This document shows, piece after piece, positions 5,987 to 11,207 of a DNA stretch of 11,207 nucleotides. Numbering within the stretch: the first letter of the stretch is position 1; each line of letters starts with the position of its first letter. Below the pieces are notes generated by a model. It had not been told where the DNA came from and did no database searches. It worked only from the letters and a program-made list of their open reading frames with translations. The position numbers and the translations under genes are program-made. The stretch spans positions 1 through 11,207 of the forward strand of contig DAOTYM010000273.1 in the NCBI GenBank assembly GCA_034434775.1, read 5' to 3'. The DNA is from Anaerolineae bacterium. GTDB taxonomy: Bacteria > Chloroflexota > Anaerolineae > DTPP01.

Positions 5987-7900
5987 GTGCGCGTCGTCGG
6001 CACCGCCGGACACGTGGACCACGGGAAGTCCACCCTGGTCCTGGCCCTCACGGGCATGGACCCAGACCGCCTCAAAGAGGAAAAAGAACGCCAGATGACC
6101 ATTGACCTGGGCTTCGCCTGGCTGACCCTCCCCACCGGCGAGCGGGTCGGCATCGTGGACGTGCCCGGGCACAAGGACTTCATCAAGAACATGCTGGCCG
6201 GCGTGGGGGGCATTGACGCCGCGCTCCTGGTGGTGGCGGCCGACGAGGGGGTCATGCCCCAGACCCGGGAGCACCTGGCCATCCTGGACCTCTTGGAAGT
6301 GCGCCACGGCGTGGTGGCCCTGACCAAGGTGGACCTGGTCCAGGACGAAGAGTGGCTGGACCTGGTAGAGGCCGACGTGCGCGAGGCCCTGGAAGGGACT
6401 TCGCTGGCCTCGGCCCCCCTGGTGCGGGTCTCTGCCAGGACCGGCGAGGGCCTGGAGGCCCTGGTCCAGGCCCTGACGGAGGCCCTGGCCCAGGCCGCCC
6501 CCCGCCGGGACGTGGCCCGGCCGCGTCTCCCCGTGGACCGTGCCTTCACCATCGCCGGCTTCGGCACTGTGGTGACGGGGACCCTTCTGGACGGCCAACT
6601 GCAGGTGGGCCAGGAAGTGGAACTGCAGCCCTCTGGCCTGCGCGCCCGCATCCGGGGCCTGCAGAGTTACAAGGAAAAGGTAGAGGTGGCCCGCGCCGGG
6701 AGCCGCGTGGCCGTGAACCTGGGCGGCATCAGCAAGGACCAGATCGCGCGGGGCGAAGTCCTCACCACCCCGGGCTGGCTGCGCCCCACCCGCCTGGCGG
6801 ATGCCTGGCTGCGGTACCTGCCCAGCGCCCAAGACCCCCTGAAGCACGGGCAGGAGGTGGAGGTCTTCTGCGGGGCCGCCGAGGGGATGGCCCGGGTGCG
6901 GCTCCTGGACCGGGAAGCCCTACAGCCGGGCCAGGCAGGGTGGGTGCAGTTGCGGCTCCTCACGCCCATGGCCCTGGTGCGGGGGGACCGGTTCATCATC
7001 CGCCGGCCCTCCCCCAGCGAGACCATCGGCGGGGGGTTGGTGGTCCAGCCCCACCCGCCGCGGATGCACCGCCGGTTCCAGGCGGAAGTCCTGGCCTCCC
7101 TGGAAGTGCTCCTGCGGGGCTCTCCCGAAGACCTCCTCCTCCAGGCCGCGGACCAGGCCGGGCCGCTGCCAGCGCGCGACCTCCTGGAACGGACAGGCTT
7201 GGGCGAGGAAGACGCGCTCCAGGCCATGGAAGCCCTCCTCGCGGATGGCCGGCTCCTGGTGCTGGATGGCGGAGGGAGCTCGCCTCCCTCGGCGCGGGAG
7301 GCGGTGGCGAGCGGAAGGACCCTCGTCTCCCGCAGCGCGTGGACAGCCCTCCTGGAGCGCCTGCGGGAGGCTCTGGCCCAGTACCACCGCCAGAACCCCT
7401 TGCGCCAGGGGATGCCGCGGGAGGAACTCAAGTCCCGCCTGGGCCTGCCCAGCCGCACCTTCCAGGAGGTGCTGAACCGCGCGGCCGAGGCAGGTGAGGT
7501 CCACCTGTCGGAGGCGGCCGTGTGGCTGGCTGCCCACGAGGTCCGCTTCACCCCGGCGCAGCAGGAGGCCGTGGAGCGGCTCCTCGCGGAATTCCAGGCC
7601 CAGCCCTACACCCCGCCCTCCTGGGCCCAGGCCGCGGCTGCAGTGGGAGAGGACGTGCTGGGGGCTCTGGTGGCCCAGGGGCGCTTGGTCCGGGTGAGCG
7701 ACGAAGTCCTCTTCCTCCGCGAGACCTACGACGAGATGGTGGCGCGGGTGGTGGCCTTCATCCAGGAGCACGGGAGCATCACCGTGGCCCAGGTGCGGGA
7801 CCTCTTCAACGCCAGCCGCAAGTACGCCCTGGCCCTGATGGAGCACCTGGACGAGCGGCGCATCACCCGCCGGGTGGGCGACGAGAGGGTCCTCCGCTGA
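5987..7900 (+). CDS. selB: Selenocysteine-specific translation elongation factor SelB
   Basis: 637 aa with a GTG start and GGGAGG at 5972-5977. The N-terminal GTPase [14 protein letters not shown]...MTIDLGFAW...[43 protein letters not shown] resembles E. coli SelB [14 protein letters not shown]...MTIDLGYAY...[43 protein letters not shown] (recalled from memory). The C-terminal winged-helix tail [34 protein letters not shown] resembles E. coli FRDRLGVGRKLAIQILEYFDRIGFTRRRGNDHLL. Confidence 0.9.
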   Translation: [637 protein letters not shown]

Positions 7901-7908
7901 GGGGGTGC

Positions 7909-9096
7909 ATGCACGTCGTCGTCAACGGCTGGTTCTGGGGCCAAAGGGCCGTTGGGAGCGGGCAATACCTGCACCACCTGCTCCAGACCCTGGCGGGCCT
8001 GGAGCCGGGGGTGCGCTGGACCCTGGTCCTGCCCCCGGGGAGCGCCGATGCCCCGCGGATGGTGGGGGTGCGGTACGCGGTGCCCCGGGGGCCAGGCAGG
8101 AGGTGGGGCCCCTGGGGGAAGGTGGCCTTTGAGCAGGTGGCCTTCCCCCTGGCCTGCCGCAGGCTGGGGGCCGAGGTGGCCTGGGTGCCCTACTGGGCAG
8201 GGCCGTTCTTCCCGTCCTGCCCCACGGTAGTCACCGTGCACGATGTCATCCCGCTCCTCTTCCGGGAGTACCGGGGGGGCGCGTGGGGCGAACTCTACCT
8301 GCGGCTGGTGGTGGCTTCGGCCCGCCGGGCCACCCGGGTCCTCACGGACTCCCGGGCTTCGGCGGAGGACATCGTCGCTCACCTCCGCGTGCCGAGGGAG
8401 CGGGTGCGGGCCGTCCTCCTGGCGGCGGACCCCCGCTGTCGGCCCGTGCGGGACGCGGCGACGCTGGCCAGCGTGCGGGAGCGGTACGGCCTGCCGGAGC
8501 GGTTCGCCCTGTACCTGGGGGGCTTTGACCGGCGCAAGAACGTGGCAGGGCTCCTGAGGGCCTTCGCTCGGTGGGCCGCGGTGGAGGCGGGGGAAGACGC
8601 CCCCCGGCTTGTGGTGGCTGGGCGCCTCCCCCCGAGGGAGACGCCCCTCTTTCCCCACCCGGCCCGGCTCGCAGGCGAACTGGGCCTGGGCGAGAGGGTG
8701 TGCTTCCCCGGCTGGGTGGACGATGCCGACAAGCCCGCCCTGTACACCCTGGCGGAGTTCTTCGTCTTCCCCTCCCTGTACGAGGGGTTCGGGCTGCCAG
8801 TGCTGGAGGCCATGGCCTGCGGCACCCCGGTGATCGCTTCCCGGCGGGCTTCCCTGCCGGAGATCGTCGGCGATGCGGGCCTCCTGGTGGACCCAGAGGA
8901 CGAGGGCCAGGTGGCCTCGGCCATGGCCCACCTGTGGCATTCGGCAGAGGCGCGGCGGGCGTGGGGGGAGAGGGCCCTGGAACGGGCTTCCCGGTTCCAC
9001 TGGGAGGAGGCCGCGGCCCAGACCCTCGCCTGTCTGCAGGAAGCCGCTGAGCGGAAAGGGGGAGGGTCTCCCCAGGCTCCCGATCTGGGGCTGTAA
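7909..9096 (+). CDS. Family GT4 (group 1) glycosyltransferase
   Basis: 395 aa. It carries the canonical GT4 C-terminal motif [20 protein letters not shown] and a GT-B fold pattern. ATG 7909 lies 8 nt after the selB TGA, with GAGGGGG just upstream. Confidence 0.85.
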   Translation: MHVVVNGWFWGQRAVGSGQYLHHLLQTLAGLEPGVRWTLVLPPGSADAPRMVGVRYAVPRGPGRRWGPWGKVAFEQVAFPLACRRLGAEVAWVPYWAGPFFPSCPTVVTVHDVIPLLFREYRGGAWGELYLRLVVASARRATRVLTDSRASAEDIVAHLRVPRERVRAVLLAADPRCRPVRDAATLASVRERYGLPERFALYLGGFDRRKNVAGLLRAFARWAAVEAGEDAPRLVVAGRLPPRETPLFPHPARLAGELGLGERVCFPGWVDDADKPALYTLAEFFVFPSLYEGFGLPVLEAMACGTPVIASRRASLPEIVGDAGLLVDPEDEGQVASAMAHLWHSAEARRAWGERALERASRFHWEEAAAQTLACLQEAAERKGGGSPQAPDLGL

Positions 9097-9114
9097 GGAA
9101 GGAGGTGCGGCCCC

Positions 9115-10692
9115 ATGAACGCGGACGTGGACCTGAACAACAACCAGGGTGGCCGAGGCTGGGGGCGATATGCCCTCCTTGGGGCCTGGCTGCTGGCCTT
9201 CGCCCTTGTGGACGCCTTGCTCTGGTTCCGGGTGCACTGGGCGGCAGGCTTGGCCTTCGCCCTGGCCGCGCCCCTGGCGCTCCCCTTCCTCCTCCCCCGC
9301 AGGGCCATGCGCCTGCTCATCGTCCTGTACCTGATCTGGGCGGTGGCCTGGCTCAGCGGGACGTACCTGCAAGGGCTCCTGGCCGAGAACGCGGGGGTGA
9401 TCGCGGCGCGGAACCGGGTCCTGGCCTGGCTCCTGGGGTCCTACGAGATGCAGGTGGTGTGCGCCGCCGTGGCCGGCCTCCTCTTCGGTCTGGTGACGGT
9501 GGGCGCCCCCCTGGTCCTCCTCGCCTGGACAGCCGCGGAGGGGGTCCTGGCCCTGAACGAACTCCCGGACGTGAGCCGCGGCGAGGCCCTGCGGCTGGTG
9601 CTGATGGCCCTCCTCAACCTGGGGCCGCCCTGGCTGGTGATAGACGAAGGGCAGGAGAAGTACACCAAGCCGGTGGGCCTCCTCAAGAAATTGGGTGGGC
9701 CGGGTCTGGTGGTGGTCCAGGAAGGGAACGCGGCCATCTTCCAGAAGGGCGGCCGGATCACGAAGGTCGTGGGGCCAGGGACGGCCTGGATCGCCTTCCT
9801 GGAGCGGACCCGCTGCGTAGTGGACCTGCGGCCCCAGTGGGAGAGCCGCACCCTGGAGAACGTCCGCACCCGCGACCACATCCCTCTGACGGTGAGGCTG
9901 GGCGTCGGCTTCCGCATTGAGCCCAAGGACGCGACCGACCGCCGGGAAGGGCCCCACGACCCAACCTCGGACCCCGTCCTGGGCCGGGTCTACCAGGCCT
10001 ACGAAAGCACGGTGCGCAAGGCCGCCTTCAACCCCAGCGGTGATTGGCGCCTGACCGCCGTGGGGATGGTGGAGAACACCCTCCGCGACGTGGTGGCCAC
10101 CTACGACTTTGACCAACTCTTCCGCCACGAGCCCGGGCAACCGGGGAGCGGCGGCTTTGACCCGGAGGAGCGCACCATCCGGGAGATAGAGAAAAGGGTG
10201 CTGGATATCGTCAAGAAGACGGCGGCAGAGCAGTTCGGCGTTTCCGTCACCACGGTGGACGTGAGCGAGGTCCGCGTCCCCGACGAGGTGCAGGAACGCC
10301 TCCTGGAGTGGTGGGGGGTCCGGTGGCACAGGGTCACGGAGATCGTCCGCGCCGAGGCAGAAAAGGAAGCCTTGCAACTGAAAGGGCAGGGCCAGGCAGC
10401 GGCCCTTGAAGCGGTGGAGCAGAAGCGGCATGAGGCTGTCGCGGCCACCATAAAGGCCCTGGAGGGGCTTGTGGCAGGGATCGCCTGGCGCGATGCGGCA
10501 CTGGCCCAGCGGCTGGCCTCGGTGATAGAGCGCCTCATCGGGCGGATGGTGACCGAGGATGTCCTGGCCTTGCGCATGCTGGAGGCCCTGGAGAAACTCT
10601 CCGAGGGCAAGGGCGAGGTGACCGTCTTCCTCGGAGGCGAGGGGATGCCCTTCCTCTCCCCTCCGGAGGGACAGGGACGGGAACCGCAGTGA
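9115..10692 (+). CDS. SPFH/band-7 (stomatin/flotillin/HflKC-like) protein with a polytopic N-terminal membrane domain and a C-terminal coiled coil
   Basis: 525 aa. About four or five N-terminal TM helices ([76 protein letters not shown]). The SPFH core is [74 protein letters not shown] coiled-coil tail follows. The RBS AAGGAGGTG sits 9 nt before the ATG. Confidence 0.75.
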   Translation: MNADVDLNNNQGGRGWGRYALLGAWLLAFALVDALLWFRVHWAAGLAFALAAPLALPFLLPRRAMRLLIVLYLIWAVAWLSGTYLQGLLAENAGVIAARNRVLAWLLGSYEMQVVCAAVAGLLFGLVTVGAPLVLLAWTAAEGVLALNELPDVSRGEALRLVLMALLNLGPPWLVIDEGQEKYTKPVGLLKKLGGPGLVVVQEGNAAIFQKGGRITKVVGPGTAWIAFLERTRCVVDLRPQWESRTLENVRTRDHIPLTVRLGVGFRIEPKDATDRREGPHDPTSDPVLGRVYQAYESTVRKAAFNPSGDWRLTAVGMVENTLRDVVATYDFDQLFRHEPGQPGSGGFDPEERTIREIEKRVLDIVKKTAAEQFGVSVTTVDVSEVRVPDEVQERLLEWWGVRWHRVTEIVRAEAEKEALQLKGQGQAAALEAVEQKRHEAVAATIKALEGLVAGIAWRDAALAQRLASVIERLIGRMVTEDVLALRMLEALEKLSEGKGEVTVFLGGEGMPFLSPPEGQGREPQ

Positions 10693-10707
10693 CGCAGGGG
10701 GTGGCCT

Positions 10708-11207
10708 ATGGCGATGGCGGATAGGGGCGGCGGACAGCCCACGGTCCTGGTGATCGGGGCGGCAAACCTGGATATCAAGGGACGGGCCGCCCAGGCCCTG
10801 ATGCCCGGGACCTCTGCCCCGGGCGAGATCCGCAACAGCGTGGGGGGCGTGGCCCGCAACGTGGCGGAAAACCTGGCCCGCCTGGGGGTGCACGCCGTGC
10901 TCCTCTCCGCCGTGGGGGACGACAGCCCTGGCCGCCGCCTCCTCAGCCAGGCTGAGGAGTGCGGCATAGACGTGAGCCAGGTCCTCGTCCTCGCCGGCCA
11001 GCGCACCGCCGCCTACCTCACCGTCCTGGATGAGGCCGGCAAGCCCTTCGTCTCCGTGGACGATACGAAGATCATGGAGGCCATCACCCCGGCCTACATC
11101 TACGCCAACCGCAGGTACTTCCGGGAGGCGGCCATGGTCGTCCTGGACGCCAACGTGCCGCCCAAGGCCATGGAGACCATCTTCAAGTTGGCGGAGCGGT
11201 ACGGGGT
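10708..11207 (+). CDS. psuK: PfkB-family carbohydrate kinase, most similar to pseudouridine kinase (PsuK/YeiC). Partial: the 3' end lies beyond the window.
   Basis: VLVIGAANLDIKG...PGEIRNSVGGVARNVAENLARLGVHAVLLSAVGDDSPGRRLLSQAEECGIDVSQVLVLAGQRTAAYLTVLDEAGKPFVSVDDTKIMEAITPAYI closely parallels E. coli YeiC VVIIGSANIDVAG...PGKIKFTPGGVGRNIAQNLALLGNKAWLLSAVGSDFYGQSLLTQTNQSGVYVDKCLIVPGENTSSYLSLLDNTGEMLVAINDMNISNAITAEYL (recalled from memory). The ORF is open to the window edge. Confidence 0.7.
   Translation, partial: MAMADRGGGQPTVLVIGAANLDIKGRAAQALMPGTSAPGEIRNSVGGVARNVAENLARLGVHAVLLSAVGDDSPGRRLLSQAEECGIDVSQVLVLAGQRTAAYLTVLDEAGKPFVSVDDTKIMEAITPAYIYANRRYFREAAMVVLDANVPPKAMETIFKLAERYG

Noticed and set aside
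2171-6847. A 1558 aa ORF on the minus strand
   Set aside because: It is antisense to five well-supported + strand genes. The translation is low-complexity (G/L/Q/H/P/A-rich) with no recognisable domains. Long stop-free antisense frames are expected at roughly 70% GC.
6352-7551. Alternative-frame ORFs inside selB (381 aa on +, 294 aa on -)
   Set aside because: Off-frame Pro/Gly/Arg/Ser-rich artefacts. The selB frame has strong homology throughout.
7726-10893. A 1055 aa ORF on the minus strand
   Set aside because: It is antisense to the selB, GT4 and SPFH genes. It is Gly/Pro/Arg/His-rich with no motifs. It is a high-GC artefact.
1-11207. Scan for CRISPR repeats, IS or transposon terminal inverted repeats, integrase or att sites, tRNA or rRNA
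   Set aside because: No direct-repeat arrays, transposase or integrase ORFs, or tRNA-like cloverleaf candidates were seen. The intergenic space is too small, with the largest gap 227 nt and occupied by a terminator and promoter.

Overview
This 11.2 kb window is GC-rich (about 68-70% GC by eye) and densely packed, and every coding region I can support lies on the + strand. In order, the supported features are:

- a possible 3' end of an upstream gene (1..51)
- tatC (41..874)
- a P-loop protein of the cyclic 2,3-diphosphoglycerate synthetase family (918..2243)
- a strong rho-independent terminator (2271..2310)
- a sigma70-type promoter with an extended -10 (2423..2451), overlapped by GTTGC/GCAAC palindromes
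- a seven-gene tightly packed unit, with 8-39 nt gaps, running to the window end:
  - a TPR/transmembrane/Pro-Thr-linker/L,D-transpeptidase fusion
  - an orphan PhoU
  - a 394 aa all-coiled-coil protein of unknown function
  - selB, the selenocysteine-specific elongation factor
  - a GT4 glycosyltransferase
  - a polytopic-membrane SPFH/band-7 protein
  - a 5'-partial PfkB kinase that looks like pseudouridine kinase

The long minus-strand ORFs and the Pro/Gly/Arg-rich alternative-frame ORFs are high-GC artefacts. I found no CRISPR array, IS element, tRNA or rRNA. The window reads as core or housekeeping genome rather than an accessory island. The points worth a second look are:

- an archaeal-type cDPG synthetase homolog in what appears to be a bacterium
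- selB sitting in a non-canonical neighbourhood behind an uncharacterised coiled-coil protein
- the unusual domain fusions
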